Source: Gammaproteobacteria bacterium (GTDB lineage Bacteria; Pseudomonadota; Gammaproteobacteria; Eutrophobiales; Eutrophobiaceae). From it: DNA of 64,000 nt. The notes beneath the pieces are model-generated. The model did no database searches. It saw nothing but the letters and a program-made list of their open reading frames with translations, and had not been told where the DNA came from. Each line of letters opens with the position of its first letter. The first letter of the stretch is position 1. Location of the stretch: assembly GCA_963422205.2 (NCBI GenBank), contig CAXMWX010000001.1, positions 416,001-480,000 on the forward strand. The letters are read 5' to 3'. The position numbers and the translations under genes are program-made. Shown here in pieces: positions 27,653-38,257 of the stretch.

Positions 27653-29362
27653 AATATGAATAATACACTGAAACTCAACTCAAAAGATGAGTCATTAAGA
27701 GAAGTATTAAGCAATGGCAAGAAATACTTCGTGCCCAAATTTCAACGCGATTATTCATGGGAAAATGAGCATTGGGAAATCTTCTGGGAGGATATAGAAA
27801 ATGTATTGCAGGGAGAAAATGAATATCATTATATGGGTTACTTGGTGCTGCAAGAAGCCGAACAAAATCAATTCAAGATTATTGATGGACAGCAGAGACT
27901 CACAACCTTTTCTTTACTGGTGCTGGCCGCTATCAAGCGGCTGAAAGACGCAGCGCAGAATGAACAGGAACGCATGGATGAGTTACATAAGAATTTTATA
28001 GGGAGTAAGGATTTAATAAAACTTCAGATGACCAATAAGCTGAAATTAAACAGAAATAATGAGTATTACTTTAACGAGGCTGTCGCTGGCCATGATTTGC
28101 CTAAACGGGGAGTGAAGAAAACCGTGCATCTGATGAGAAAAGCGCTCGATTATTTCTATGGTGCTTTTGGGGATAAAACCGGGGAAAAGATCGGGGAAAT
28201 TATCGAAACGACCAGCCAGAATCTGCTTTTTACGACGATCTACATCGGCAGTGAACTCAATGCGTACAAGGTTTTTGAAACACTGAATGCGCGTGGTGTG
28301 CAGCTCTCTTCTGGGGATTTATTAAAAAATTATCTCTTCTCTGTTATTGATCAAAAGAACACGGCACCGGATGAAGTGATTGATCGATTGGATAAGAAAT
28401 GGGAGAAAATTGGCAGCGACATAGGTGATAATCATTACACGGATTACATTTTGTGTGACTGGAACAGCGCCCATTCACTCGTGAGAAAATCCGCGTTATT
28501 CAAAGAGATTCGAGATGAACTGGACACAACTGAAAAAGCGGATAATTACCTAAGCAGGTTAGCAAATAACAGTCAGCTTTATCATGCGCTGTTGAATCCT
28601 GATGATGAATTCTGGAAAGGTGATCAAGACTATCTTGCAATCAAAACCGATCTGCTTTTTTTGCGCCTGTTCAATATCAGGCAACCAGTCAGTCTGCTTT
28701 ATGCTGCCCACCTGAATACGCGGAACAGTTTCGCAAAAATATTACACTGGATTGCTTTGTTTTCGTTGCGATATAACGTGATATGCAGAGAACCCCCCAG
28801 TGAACAGGAAAGGCTTTACAACAAGATAAGTGTGTTGTTGTCAAACTCTACGGAGGGGACAAGTCAATTATTGCATAAAATCAAAAAAGAGATTGAAAGG
28901 CTCTGCCCTATGGATGAGGAGTTCAAGCAGAATTTTACGAATAAAACCATGCCGACCGAACAGTCCAACAAAAAAGCCCGTTATCTGCTCGCCAGATTGG
29001 CAGAGCAAGGCGGAGCGAATGCCATAGATGAGACCAGGCTGACCGTTGAGCATATTTTGCCTGCTCATCCAGAGAGTGAATGGATTGATGATTTTGGCGA
29101 TAACTGGCAGCTTTTCACGCAAAGAATCGGCAATATGGCGCTGGTTACCAAGAATCAAAATGAGCGGTTAGGGCAGCAGGCTTTTGCAGATAAAAAACAG
29201 ATATTATGCGCTTCTGAATACGCCATTAACGATGTTGCGGATTATGAAACATGGGATTCCCAGAGCGTTGAATCACGGCAGAATCGCTTGGCAGACATTG
29301 CCGTTCAGCTTTGGCGAATAGATTGATCACCGCCCAGTCGGAGAAAATAGCCCAACTGCAAC
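27563..29362. repeat. 37-bp direct repeats flanking the GmrSD-like gene
   Basis: ATCACCGCCCAGTCGGAGAAAAT(C/A)GCCCAACTGCAAC at 27563-27599 (inside the hsdS 3' end) and 29326-29362. Confidence 0.9.
27656..29326 (+). CDS. DUF262 + DUF1524 (GmrSD-like) nuclease
   Basis: VPKFQRDYSW, IIDGQQRLTT, FETLNARG (DUF262) and C-terminal TVEHILP, IGNMALV..N (HNH-like DUF1524); AT-rich. Confidence 0.88.
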   Translation: MNNTLKLNSKDESLREVLSNGKKYFVPKFQRDYSWENEHWEIFWEDIENVLQGENEYHYMGYLVLQEAEQNQFKIIDGQQRLTTFSLLVLAAIKRLKDAAQNEQERMDELHKNFIGSKDLIKLQMTNKLKLNRNNEYYFNEAVAGHDLPKRGVKKTVHLMRKALDYFYGAFGDKTGEKIGEIIETTSQNLLFTTIYIGSELNAYKVFETLNARGVQLSSGDLLKNYLFSVIDQKNTAPDEVIDRLDKKWEKIGSDIGDNHYTDYILCDWNSAHSLVRKSALFKEIRDELDTTEKADNYLSRLANNSQLYHALLNPDDEFWKGDQDYLAIKTDLLFLRLFNIRQPVSLLYAAHLNTRNSFAKILHWIALFSLRYNVICREPPSEQERLYNKISVLLSNSTEGTSQLLHKIKKEIERLCPMDEEFKQNFTNKTMPTEQSNKKARYLLARLAEQGGANAIDETRLTVEHILPAHPESEWIDDFGDNWQLFTQRIGNMALVTKNQNERLGQQAFADKKQILCASEYAINDVADYETWDSQSVESRQNRLADIAVQLWRID

Positions 29363-29528
29363 TGTGCCGTTCTGGGCCTGATGCTTATTTCATTGGGAAA
29401 TCCCTTCGGGCGATTTATCTACCTTATCCTATTGATAATAAAGATATTTTTTATTTCACTGGAAAATACTTTTGACACAGATTGCCACCGAAGAGGCAAG
29501 TAAAGAGAAAAACCCTGAACCCTGAACC

Positions 29529-31169
29529 ATGACCGACGAAGATCAAAAACAACTGGGTAGCACCCTCTGGAAGATTGCCGATGACCTGCGCGGGGCGATG
29601 AACGCCGATGACTTCCGCGACTACATGCTGTCCTTCCTCTTCCTGCGTTATCTCTCCGACAACTACGAAGCGGCGGCAAAGAAAGAACTCGGCAGAGACT
29701 ATCCCGAGACTGGCGGCGACAGCGCCGAGGTGCCCCTGGCGCTCTGGTATGCAGATAACCAGGACGATACCACAGCGTTTGAAAAACAGATGCGGCGTAA
29801 GGTGCATTACGTGATCAAGCCGGAGCACCTGTGGAGCAGCATCGCCAATCTGGCACGCATGCAGAACAGCGAGCTTCTGAACACACTGCAAGCGGGCTTT
29901 AAATACATCGAAGAGGAATCCTTTGAGAGCACGTTCTCCGGCTTGTTTTCGGAAATCAACCTCCACTCCGACAAGCTCGGCAAAACCTATGAAGACCGGA
30001 ACGCCAGGCTTTGCACTGTCATTCAAAAAATAGCCGAAGGATTGAACGCCTTCTCAACGGACATCGACACACTGGGCGATGCCTATGAATACCTGATCGG
30101 TCAGTTCGCCGCCGGGTCCGGCAAGAAGGCCGGCGAGTTCTATACGCCGCAGCAAATCTCCGACATCTTGTCTGCCATCGTTACGCTGGACAGCCAGGAA
30201 CCAAAAACCGGCACGAAAGAGCGGCTGACGACGGTCATGGATTTTGCCTGCGGTTCTGGCTCGCTGCTGCTCAACGTGCGTAAACGGATAAACAACGCAG
30301 GCGGCACTATCGGAAAAATTTTAGGCCAAGAGAAAAACATCACCACCTACAACCTGGCCCGAATGAACATGTTGTTGCACGGGGTGAAGGACACGGAGTT
30401 TGACGTCTTCCACGGCGACACGCTGGGCAACGAGTGGGACAGCCTGCGCGAGTTGAACCCGGCCAGGAAGCCAGCCTTTGACGCCGTTGTCGCCAACCCG
30501 CCGTTCAGCTATCGCTGGACGCCCGGCGAGGGCATGGGTGACGATGTGCGCTTCAAAAGTCATGGGTTGGCGCCCAAGTCCGCCGCCGATTTTGCGTTTC
30601 TGCTGCACGGTTTTCATTATCTGAAAGACGATGGGGTCATGGCCATCATTCTGCCGCACGGCGTGCTTTTCCGTGGCGGGGCAGAGGCGCGCATCCGCAC
30701 CAAATTGCTGCAAGATGGCCACATTGACACGGTCATCGGCCTGCCGGCCAATCTGTTCTACTCCACCGGCATCCCGGTGTGCATTCTGGTGTTGAAAAAA
30801 TGCAAAAAACCCGATGATGTGCTGTTTATCAATGCCAGCGAGCATTTTGAGAAGGGCAAACGCCAGAACCAGCTCAAACCCGAGCACATCGACAAGATCA
30901 TCGACACCTATCAGTATCGGAAAGAGGCCGACCGCTGGGCCCGCCGGGTGGAAATCGCCGAGCTCGAGAAGAATGACTACAACCTCAATATCTCGCGCTA
31001 TGTCAGCACGACCAGAGCTGAAGAGGAAATTGATTTAACCCAGACCCACCAGCGACTGCGCCACATCGAAAACCGGATGCACCAGGCGATGGACAAGCAC
31101 AATGCGTTTCTTGCCGAACTGGGGCTGCCCCGCCTGCCACTTTTGCCCGAAGCAGATAACATTGACTGA
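29529..31169 (+). CDS. hsdM: Type I restriction-modification methyltransferase subunit
   Basis: LWKIADDLRGAMNADDFRDY, GEFYTPQ, DFACGSGSLL, ANPPFS, LPHGVLFRGG, YNLNISRYV. Confidence 0.96.
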   Translation: MTDEDQKQLGSTLWKIADDLRGAMNADDFRDYMLSFLFLRYLSDNYEAAAKKELGRDYPETGGDSAEVPLALWYADNQDDTTAFEKQMRRKVHYVIKPEHLWSSIANLARMQNSELLNTLQAGFKYIEEESFESTFSGLFSEINLHSDKLGKTYEDRNARLCTVIQKIAEGLNAFSTDIDTLGDAYEYLIGQFAAGSGKKAGEFYTPQQISDILSAIVTLDSQEPKTGTKERLTTVMDFACGSGSLLLNVRKRINNAGGTIGKILGQEKNITTYNLARMNMLLHGVKDTEFDVFHGDTLGNEWDSLRELNPARKPAFDAVVANPPFSYRWTPGEGMGDDVRFKSHGLAPKSAADFAFLLHGFHYLKDDGVMAIILPHGVLFRGGAEARIRTKLLQDGHIDTVIGLPANLFYSTGIPVCILVLKKCKKPDDVLFINASEHFEKGKRQNQLKPEHIDKIIDTYQYRKEADRWARRVEIAELEKNDYNLNISRYVSTTRAEEEIDLTQTHQRLRHIENRMHQAMDKHNAFLAELGLPRLPLLPEADNID

Positions 31170-31578
31170 TTATGTGATCGATAGCCCCAGCCGCCGGCGT
31201 TAGGCGATTGTCCTGATATGAGCATGTGTGTGCCATGCTGCATCTGTGGTGGAGGGCGAGAGGGCAGCAGAGCGTGTCAACGATGCCCTGATTGAAACCA
31301 TCCTTGTGGCCTGGGCAGGCAATCATGGCCGTGCATGGTCGCTGTCATGATCTGCCGGGTGTCGGGACAGCGGCGCCGGCCATGTTGCCATGGCGCAAAC
31401 TCCCTGATACAATCTGCCGCCACTGTCAGGCACACCTGATAACAGCCGCTGATTATTCTGGTAGATTATTTTGGTGGATTATCAGGGTGTGCTTGTCGGC
31501 AGGAGGGGCGAATCGCTGCTTGAAAAAGCCAAGATACGCTGGTTGCCCGCCCCCGCTATCAGTATTTACGGTTTCGAT

Positions 31579-31602
31579 AGCCCCGCAGGATGGGGTTTTT
31601 TT
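31579..31602 (+). terminator. Intrinsic terminator just after the att-like copy (possibly the original tRNA terminator)
   Basis: AGCCCC-GCAGGAT-GGGGTT followed by a T-run. Confidence 0.6.
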
Positions 31603-31705
31603 ACGCCTGTTGTTCAGCCGGTGTGTGGTTGGACGCCAGAGGCCAGGCGGGTAACTCGGCTGAATCATGTTTATCTGGCGAAGGAGTGATATACATGCGG
31701 TATGA

Positions 31706-31730
31706 AAGTGGGCTTTGCGCCCATTTTTCG
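31706..31730 (+). promoter_or_regulatory. rimP leader hairpin
   Basis: AAGTGGGC-TTTGC-GCCCATTTTT, resembling the conserved hairpin upstream of rimP. Confidence 0.55.
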
Positions 31731-31778
31731 TTTCCGGTTCTTGCATCAGGTGAGTGGGCAGGCCGATGAGTAGACCGG

Positions 31779-32243
31779 ATGAATAGACAAGACATCGGGC
31801 TTGAGGCCTTGTTGCGCCCGGTTGTCGTCGGGCTGGGTTATGACTTGTGGGGGATAGAGCGGCTTGGCAGTCACGGTGCGCCCCTGGTTCGGTTGTATAT
31901 CGATGCAGCACAAGGCATCACGCTGGCTGATTGCGAGGCGGTCAGCCGCCAGGTCGCTGCGGTGCTGGATGTGCATGATCCGATCAAGGGGCGTTATACC
32001 CTGGAGGTGTCCTCGCCGGGCATGGATCGGCCCTTGTTCAGTCGGGCGCAACTGGCAGCTTATGTGGGCGAGCAGGTGCATTTGCGGCTGAATGAGAAAA
32101 TAAATCAGCGATGCAAGGTCAGCGGTCATCTGGAGCAGGTCAAGGCGGATTCTGTCATCGTCAGTATGGCTGATTTTGTCTGTGAAATTCCGCTGGATGC
32201 CATAAAAAAAGCCAATCTGGTATGCCAGACGCAGCGTCCATGA
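31779..32243 (+). CDS. rimP: Ribosome maturation factor RimP
   Basis: VRLYID...GITLADCEAVSRQV..LDVHDPI..YTLEVSSPGMDRPL. Confidence 0.96.
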   Translation: MNRQDIGLEALLRPVVVGLGYDLWGIERLGSHGAPLVRLYIDAAQGITLADCEAVSRQVAAVLDVHDPIKGRYTLEVSSPGMDRPLFSRAQLAAYVGEQVHLRLNEKINQRCKVSGHLEQVKADSVIVSMADFVCEIPLDAIKKANLVCQTQRP

Positions 32244-32270
32244 TATGAAGATGCAGGTAAAGAGGAGCCG

Positions 32271-33794
32271 ATGAATAAAGAGATTTTAATGGTTGTTGAT
32301 GTGGTGTCGAATGAGAAGGCCGTGGGCAAAGAGATCATCTTTGAGGCGATTGAGGCCGCCCTGGCCAGTGCCACCAAAAAACGCCATCGCGAGGATATTG
32401 AAGTGCGGGTAGCCATTGATCGCAACACCGGGGATTACGAAACCTATCGCCAGTGGCTGGTGGTCGATGAGTCGGCTGATGCCCTGGAAGCCCCTACCCG
32501 CGAGATAGGGTTAAGCGATGCCCGGGAAAAAACACCTGACATTGAGCCAGGCGGGGCGATTGAAGCGCCGATGGAGTCGGTGGAATTTGGCCGGATAGCT
32601 GCCCAGACGGCCAAGCAGGTCATCGTGCAGAAAGTGCGCGAGGCCAAGCGCAAGCAGGTCTTTGATGCGTACATGCCGCGGGTGGGCGAGATGGTCAGCG
32701 GCGTGGTGAAGCGGGTCGAGCGTGGCAATGTCATTCTTGATCTGGGCAACAGCGCCGAGGCGTTTATCCCGCGCGAAGCGATGATCCCGCGCGAGGCCGC
32801 CCGGCCGGGCGATCGTCTGCGTGCCTATCTGAAAGCGGTGACGTCGGAGCATCGCGGGCCACAATTATTCCTCAGCCGCACGGTGCCGGGCCTGCTGATT
32901 GAGTTGTTCAAGATTGAAGTGCCGGAAATCAACGAGGGGATGATCGACATCCTGGGCGGTGCCCGGGACCCGGGCTCACGGGCAAAGATTGCCGTGCGTG
33001 CCAATGACAGCCGGATCGATCCGGTCGGTGCCTGTGTGGGCATGCGCGGCTCACGGGTGCAGGCGGTCTCGAATGAGCTTAGTGGCGAGCGGGTGGATAT
33101 CATTCTCTGGGATGAGAATCCGGCGCAGTTTGTGATCAACGCGATGGCGCCTGCCGAGGTGGTCTCGATCGTGGTTGATGAGGATGCACATGCCATGGAT
33201 GTTGCCGTGGCCGAGGAGAACCTCTCGCAGGCGATCGGTCGTGGTGGTCAGAATGTCAAGCTGGCCAGCGAGTTGACGCAGTGGGAATTGAATGTGATGT
33301 CGGTCGAACAGGCCGATGAGAAGACCGAGGCCGAGGCACAGACCCTGCACAAGATGTTCATGGAGCAACTGGATGTGGACGAGGAGATCGCCATCATCCT
33401 GGTGCAGGAGGGGTTTTCCAGTGTCGAGGAGGTGGCCTATGTGCCTGAAAATGAAATACTTGATATTGAAGAGTTTGATGAGACGCTGGTCAAAGAACTG
33501 CGTGATCGTGCCCGCGATATCATGTTGACCCGGGCAATCACCAACGAGGAACGTCTGGTTGATGCACAGCCTGCTGATGATTTGCTCACGATGGAGGGCA
33601 TGGACACGGCGCTTGCCTATGAGTTGGCCGGTCACGGTGTGGTGACCAGGGAAGATCTCGCGGAGCAATCGGTTGATGAGCTGCTGGAGATCGAGAGCCT
33701 GGATAAACAGCGCGCCAGCGACTTGATCATGACCGCCCGCCAGCCCTGGTTTGAAGCGGCAGAAAATACCACGGAGGAGCGAATCGATGCCTGA
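32271..33794 (+). CDS. nusA: Transcription termination/antitermination factor NusA
   Basis: [55 protein letters not shown]. Confidence 0.98.
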   Translation: MNKEILMVVDVVSNEKAVGKEIIFEAIEAALASATKKRHREDIEVRVAIDRNTGDYETYRQWLVVDESADALEAPTREIGLSDAREKTPDIEPGGAIEAPMESVEFGRIAAQTAKQVIVQKVREAKRKQVFDAYMPRVGEMVSGVVKRVERGNVILDLGNSAEAFIPREAMIPREAARPGDRLRAYLKAVTSEHRGPQLFLSRTVPGLLIELFKIEVPEINEGMIDILGGARDPGSRAKIAVRANDSRIDPVGACVGMRGSRVQAVSNELSGERVDIILWDENPAQFVINAMAPAEVVSIVVDEDAHAMDVAVAEENLSQAIGRGGQNVKLASELTQWELNVMSVEQADEKTEAEAQTLHKMFMEQLDVDEEIAIILVQEGFSSVEEVAYVPENEILDIEEFDETLVKELRDRARDIMLTRAITNEERLVDAQPADDLLTMEGMDTALAYELAGHGVVTREDLAEQSVDELLEIESLDKQRASDLIMTARQPWFEAAENTTEERIDA

Positions 33795-36279
33795 GGTGAC
33801 GGTGAAACAATATGCCGATGTGATCGGCATCCCGGTCGACAAGCTGCTGCTACAGTTGCAACAGGCCGGGGTCGCCGATAAATCGGCAGAGGATATGATA
33901 TCCGATAATGAGAAGTCCGAGTTACTGGGTTTTTTACGCAGAAAACGCGGGCAGACGGACGGTTCAGAGCCCAGCAGGATCACCTTGCGGCGGAAGAGCG
34001 TGAGTGAGATCAAGGTGCCGATTGCCTCGCCAGGGGGGCGGGTGAATAAATCACGTTCGAAGACGGTCAGCGTTGAATTTCGCCAGCGTCGCACCTACAT
34101 CAAGCGCAGCGTGCTGGAGGAGGAAGAGCAGGAGTTGGCCGCCGAGAAGTCCAGGCAAGAGGCAGCGTTACAGGCACAGCAACAGGCCGAGGAGCAGGCC
34201 CGGCAGGAGCAGGAAAGACAGGAAAAAGCGCGCATTGAAGCCGAGCAGGCCCGTAAGGCAGCACAGGATGAGGCCGCCATACGGGCGGTGGAGGCGGTCA
34301 GATCGGCGGAGGTGCTGCCGGAGGCGCAGACGGCAGAGCGGCGATCAGTGGCCGATGCGCCCAAAAAACCCGATGAGCGGCCATCCAGGGGGAAGGCTTC
34401 CCGCATCCATCGAGAGGAGCTGCACGTTGCCTCTGATAAATCCGGCAAGCGGAGAAAAAAACAACGGCCACGTCCGGTGGTGAAGCGCCCGGCCCAACAC
34501 GCCTTTGAAAAACCGACTGCCCCGGTGGTGCTGAAGGTGGAGATCCCGGAGATCATCACCGTCTCTGAGCTTGCCCAGAGAATGTCAGTGAAGGGCACGG
34601 AAGTGGTCAAGATCATGATGAATCTCGGCAGCATGGTGACGATCAACCAGACCCTCGATCAGGACACGGCAGCGATTGTGGTGGAGGAGATGGGGCATAC
34701 GGCGAAGCTGCTGCAAGAGCATACGCTCGAAGATGAGGTGATGCGTGCCAGTGTGTCGGATGCCGAGGCCGTCACCCGGGCGCCGGTCGTGACCATCATG
34801 GGGCATGTTGATCACGGCAAGACCTCATTGCTTGATCACATACGCAGCAGCCAGGTGGCCGTCAGCGAGGCCGGCGGCATTACCCAGCATATCGGTGCTT
34901 ACAAGGTCAATCATGCCAAAGGCGATATCACTTTTCTGGATACGCCCGGGCATGAGGCGTTTACCGCCATGCGCGCCAGAGGCGCCAAAGTGACGGATAT
35001 CGTCGTGGTGGTGGTGGCCGCCGATGATGGCGTGATGCCGCAGACCGAGGAGGCCGTGCGCCATGCCAGGGCGGGCGAGGTGCCGATCATCATTGCGGTC
35101 AACAAGATAGACAAGCCCGAGGCCGATCCTGAGCGCATCAAACAGGCATTGTCGAAACATGATGTCATCCCGGAGGACTGGGGGGGCGAGACTATGTTTA
35201 TACCGGTTTCGGCGCTGACCGGTCAGGGTGTGGATGCGCTGTTGGATGCCATCTTGTTGCAGGCAGAGGTGCTGGAGCTGAAAGCCAGCGAGCAGGGCAC
35301 GGCCGCCGGGGTGGCGATTGAGTCCCGGCTGGACAGGGGCCGGGGGCCGGTGGCAACGGTCTTGATACAAAATGGTTGCCTGAAAAAAGGTGATGTGATG
35401 TTAAGCGGGCATGCGTTTGGCCGGGTGCGTGCCATGTATGATGAGCATGGCCGGGAGCTTGACGCCGCCGGGCCGTCTACCCCGGTTGAGGTGCTGGGCT
35501 TGTCCGGTACGCCGAATGCAGGCGATGAGGTGATCGTGATCGCCGATGAGAAGAAGGCACGGGAGATCGCCTTGTTTCGCCAGGGCAAGTATCGTGAGGT
35601 CAAGCTCGCCAGGCAGCAGGCGTCCAAGCTGGAGAACGTCATCTCACAGATGGGCAGTGAGCCGGGCGCCACGGTCAATTTGCTGATCAAGGCCGATGTG
35701 CAGGGCTCGGCTGAAGCCCTGGCGGACGCCTTGCAGAAGCTGGGCAATGAAGAGGTCAAGGTCGCTGTTATCAGCAGTGCGGTTGGCGGGATCACAGAGT
35801 CCGATGTGAATCTGGCGCTGGCTTCCCGCGGGGTCGTGATCGGTTTTAATGTGCGTGCCGACAGTGCGGCCAGGAAGGTGGTTGATGAGGAAGGGATTGA
35901 TTTGCGTTATTACAGTGTGATTTATGATGTGATCGAGGATGTGAAGGCTGCGATCAGTGGCCTGCTTGCACCGGAAATCAGAGAGCAGATCATCGGTGTT
36001 GCCGAAGTCAGGGAAGTCTTTCGTTCCCCCAGATTTGGTGATATTGCCGGTTGTATCGTTGCCTCCGGTATTGTACGGCGTACCAACCCTATCCGGGTGC
36101 TGCGAGATAATGTCGTGATCTATGAGGGTGAGCTGGAGTCCTTGCGGCGCTTCAAGGATGATGTCAATGAAGTGAAATCGGGCACCGAATGTGGCATTGG
36201 CGTTAAAAATTATAATAATGTGCAGGCGGGTGATCAGATAGAAGTCTTTGAGCGCATTGAGATCACGCGCAGCGTGTGA
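33787..36279 (+). CDS. infB: Translation initiation factor IF-2
   Basis: [42 protein letters not shown]; ATG at 33787. Confidence 0.98.
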   Translation: MPEVTVKQYADVIGIPVDKLLLQLQQAGVADKSAEDMISDNEKSELLGFLRRKRGQTDGSEPSRITLRRKSVSEIKVPIASPGGRVNKSRSKTVSVEFRQRRTYIKRSVLEEEEQELAAEKSRQEAALQAQQQAEEQARQEQERQEKARIEAEQARKAAQDEAAIRAVEAVRSAEVLPEAQTAERRSVADAPKKPDERPSRGKASRIHREELHVASDKSGKRRKKQRPRPVVKRPAQHAFEKPTAPVVLKVEIPEIITVSELAQRMSVKGTEVVKIMMNLGSMVTINQTLDQDTAAIVVEEMGHTAKLLQEHTLEDEVMRASVSDAEAVTRAPVVTIMGHVDHGKTSLLDHIRSSQVAVSEAGGITQHIGAYKVNHAKGDITFLDTPGHEAFTAMRARGAKVTDIVVVVVAADDGVMPQTEEAVRHARAGEVPIIIAVNKIDKPEADPERIKQALSKHDVIPEDWGGETMFIPVSALTGQGVDALLDAILLQAEVLELKASEQGTAAGVAIESRLDRGRGPVATVLIQNGCLKKGDVMLSGHAFGRVRAMYDEHGRELDAAGPSTPVEVLGLSGTPNAGDEVIVIADEKKAREIALFRQGKYREVKLARQQASKLENVISQMGSEPGATVNLLIKADVQGSAEALADALQKLGNEEVKVAVISSAVGGITESDVNLALASRGVVIGFNVRADSAARKVVDEEGIDLRYYSVIYDVIEDVKAAISGLLAPEIREQIIGVAEVREVFRSPRFGDIAGCIVASGIVRRTNPIRVLRDNVVIYEGELESLRRFKDDVNEVKSGTECGIGVKNYNNVQAGDQIEVFERIEITRSV

Positions 36280-36285
36280 TGCCTT

Positions 36286-36648
36286 ATGGCCAGAGAGTAC
36301 GGGCGCAATCAGCGCATTGCCGGGCAGCTGCAACGTGAATTGGCGGTGCTGATCCAGCGGGAAGCTGAGGGCGAGTTGGGCATGATCACCGTATCCGCCG
36401 TGGATGTCAGCCCGGACTTAAAAAATGCCAGGGTGTATTTTACGGCACTTAACCTCAGTGCTGAACAGGACGTACTGGAGAGAGAACTCAATGCCAGGGC
36501 GGGTTTTTTCAGGCATCAGCTGGCCCGGATACTCCCGCTAAAGCTCATGCCGACATTGCGCTTTGTCTTTGATCAGTCAATCGCCAGGGCAAACCATCTC
36601 AATGCGTTGCTCGATTCCGTTGCCGGCGGGAATGCCTCTGAACAGTAA
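36286..36648 (+). CDS. rbfA: Ribosome-binding factor A
   Basis: ITVSAVDVSPDLKNARVY, PTLRFVFDQS; synteny. Confidence 0.95.
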   Translation: MAREYGRNQRIAGQLQRELAVLIQREAEGELGMITVSAVDVSPDLKNARVYFTALNLSAEQDVLERELNARAGFFRHQLARILPLKLMPTLRFVFDQSIARANHLNALLDSVAGGNASEQ

Positions 36649-36653
36649 GCCCT

Positions 36654-37583
36654 ATGGGCAGGAAAAGGCAAGCTAAAGGCCGCCCGGTGCATGGGCTTGT
36701 GTTACTGGACAAGCCAGCGGGGATCACCTCAAACCAGGCCCTGCAACGGGTCAGGCAGGTGTTCCAGGCACAAAAAGCCGGGCATACCGGCAGCCTGGAT
36801 AAGGGCGCCACCGGCTTGTTGCCGCTGTGTCTGGGCGAGGCGACCAAGCTCTCGGCCTTCTTGCTGGAAGCGGATAAACGCTATGCGGTGGTTTGTCAGT
36901 TAGGCAGCGAGACCAGCACCGGTGATGCGGCGGGCGAGATTACCCGGCAACAGGCAGTGCCGCCCCTGACAACGGCCCGACTGGAGTCCGTGCTGGCCGG
37001 ATTTGTGGGCGAGATGATGCAGATTCCGCCGATGTTCTCGGCCCTGAAACAGCACGGCCAGCCGCTCTACAGGCTGGCCTATGCGGGCAAGGAAGTCAAA
37101 CGCAAGGCGCGCCGGATACGTATTGATGAGATCGTCCTTGAGGGACGGAGCGCCGATACGTTGTCGCTGGAGATCGCCTGCTCAAAAGGCACGTATATCC
37201 GCACCCTGGCAGAGGATATTGGCCGTGCCCTGGGCTGTGGTGCCCATGTCAAGTCTCTGCACAGAACGGCGTCCGGGCCGTTTTCGGCCGCACAGATGAT
37301 CCGCCTCGGCGCACTGGAGGCGACTGCACAACGGGGGCTGGGGCAGTTGGATAAACACCTGTTGCCGGTTGATGCGCTGGTTGCCCACATGCCCTCGGTG
37401 AATGTGCAAGACAGCGTATCGTATTACCTCTGCCAAGGACAGGCGGTGCTGGTGCCGCAGGCCCCTGGCAGTGGTTCTGGCAGGGGCATGGTGCGGCTTT
37501 ACGCTGAGCATCAGCGGTTTCTGGGGATTGGTGAGGTGCTGGATGATGGTCGAGTGGCACCGAGGCGTCTGCTGCATCTTTAG
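36654..37583 (+). CDS. truB: tRNA pseudouridine(55) synthase
   Basis: LDKPAGITSN, KAGHTGSLD..ATG, CSKGTYIRTLAEDIG. Confidence 0.97.
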   Translation: MGRKRQAKGRPVHGLVLLDKPAGITSNQALQRVRQVFQAQKAGHTGSLDKGATGLLPLCLGEATKLSAFLLEADKRYAVVCQLGSETSTGDAAGEITRQQAVPPLTTARLESVLAGFVGEMMQIPPMFSALKQHGQPLYRLAYAGKEVKRKARRIRIDEIVLEGRSADTLSLEIACSKGTYIRTLAEDIGRALGCGAHVKSLHRTASGPFSAAQMIRLGALEATAQRGLGQLDKHLLPVDALVAHMPSVNVQDSVSYYLCQGQAVLVPQAPGSGSGRGMVRLYAEHQRFLGIGEVLDDGRVAPRRLLHL

Positions 37584-37743
37584 CCTGCTCTTCGCCCCGC
37601 CGCGCCGTTAAGATCACCGCCGGGAAATGATAAAAAAACAGGCGAAATCAGCTGACTATACGGGCGTGTTAAGACCTGTTCAGGTTCGCTCGACACGCGG
37701 TCAGCACGGTGCAGATAAAATTTTGAAATTTGCGTGTTTTATC

Positions 37744-37772
37744 TTGTGACAGCGATAGTGCGTGGGTACAAT
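37744..37772 (+). promoter_or_regulatory. Probable sigma70 promoter of rpsO
   Basis: TTGTGA-17 nt-TACAAT followed by a GC-rich discriminator. Confidence 0.5.
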
Positions 37773-37816
37773 ACGCCCGTTTTCAGCCGATGAGTCAACT
37801 ATCAGGGGTAGTCAGC

Positions 37817-38086
37817 ATGTCACTCAGTCAGCAGCAAAAAGCTGATATCGTCAAAAATTATCAAACCGGGGGGCGTGATACCGGCTCGCCTGAAGTCCAG
37901 GTCGCCTTGCTTACTGCACGCATCACGGGTCTGTCTGAACACTTCAAAACCCACAGCAAAGACCATCATTCGCGTGAGGGCTTGTTGCGTATGGTCAACC
38001 ACCGCCGCCGGCTGCTTGATTACCTCAAAGCCAGGGACGTCAACCGCTATCGTGCGCTCATCGCCAGGCTGGGTTTACGAAAATAA
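37817..38086 (+). CDS. rpsO: 30S ribosomal protein S15
   Basis: [33 protein letters not shown]; 89 aa from ATG 37817. Confidence 0.98.
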   Translation: MSLSQQQKADIVKNYQTGGRDTGSPEVQVALLTARITGLSEHFKTHSKDHHSREGLLRMVNHRRRLLDYLKARDVNRYRALIARLGLRK

Positions 38087-38257
38087 CATCGCCCGCCACC
38101 CGCAACATCATCCATAACCCCGTATCATGCAGCAGGTCGGTTGAGTTCACTCATGCCACGTTTTTACCGCCGTCATACGATGGCAGCATTTCCACGGCAG
38201 CATTGCAGGCACAGTGCTGTCATCGTCTATTTAAGCTAAACAGTCAGGACACTATCA

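Larger units (their letters stand above)
21077..31561. mobile_element. Defence island inserted at the tRNA-fMet 3' end (no integrase seen)
   Basis: Separates metY from rimP-nusA-infB; CCCGCCCCCGCTATCA at 31546-31561 matches tRNA 3' end CCTGCCCCCGCTACCA (21061-21076) at 14/16 positions. Confidence 0.75.

Noticed and set aside
31170-31545. Possible integrase remnant at the island's right end
   Set aside because: No tyrosine- or serine-recombinase motifs recognisable in the ORF-track translations or by eye.
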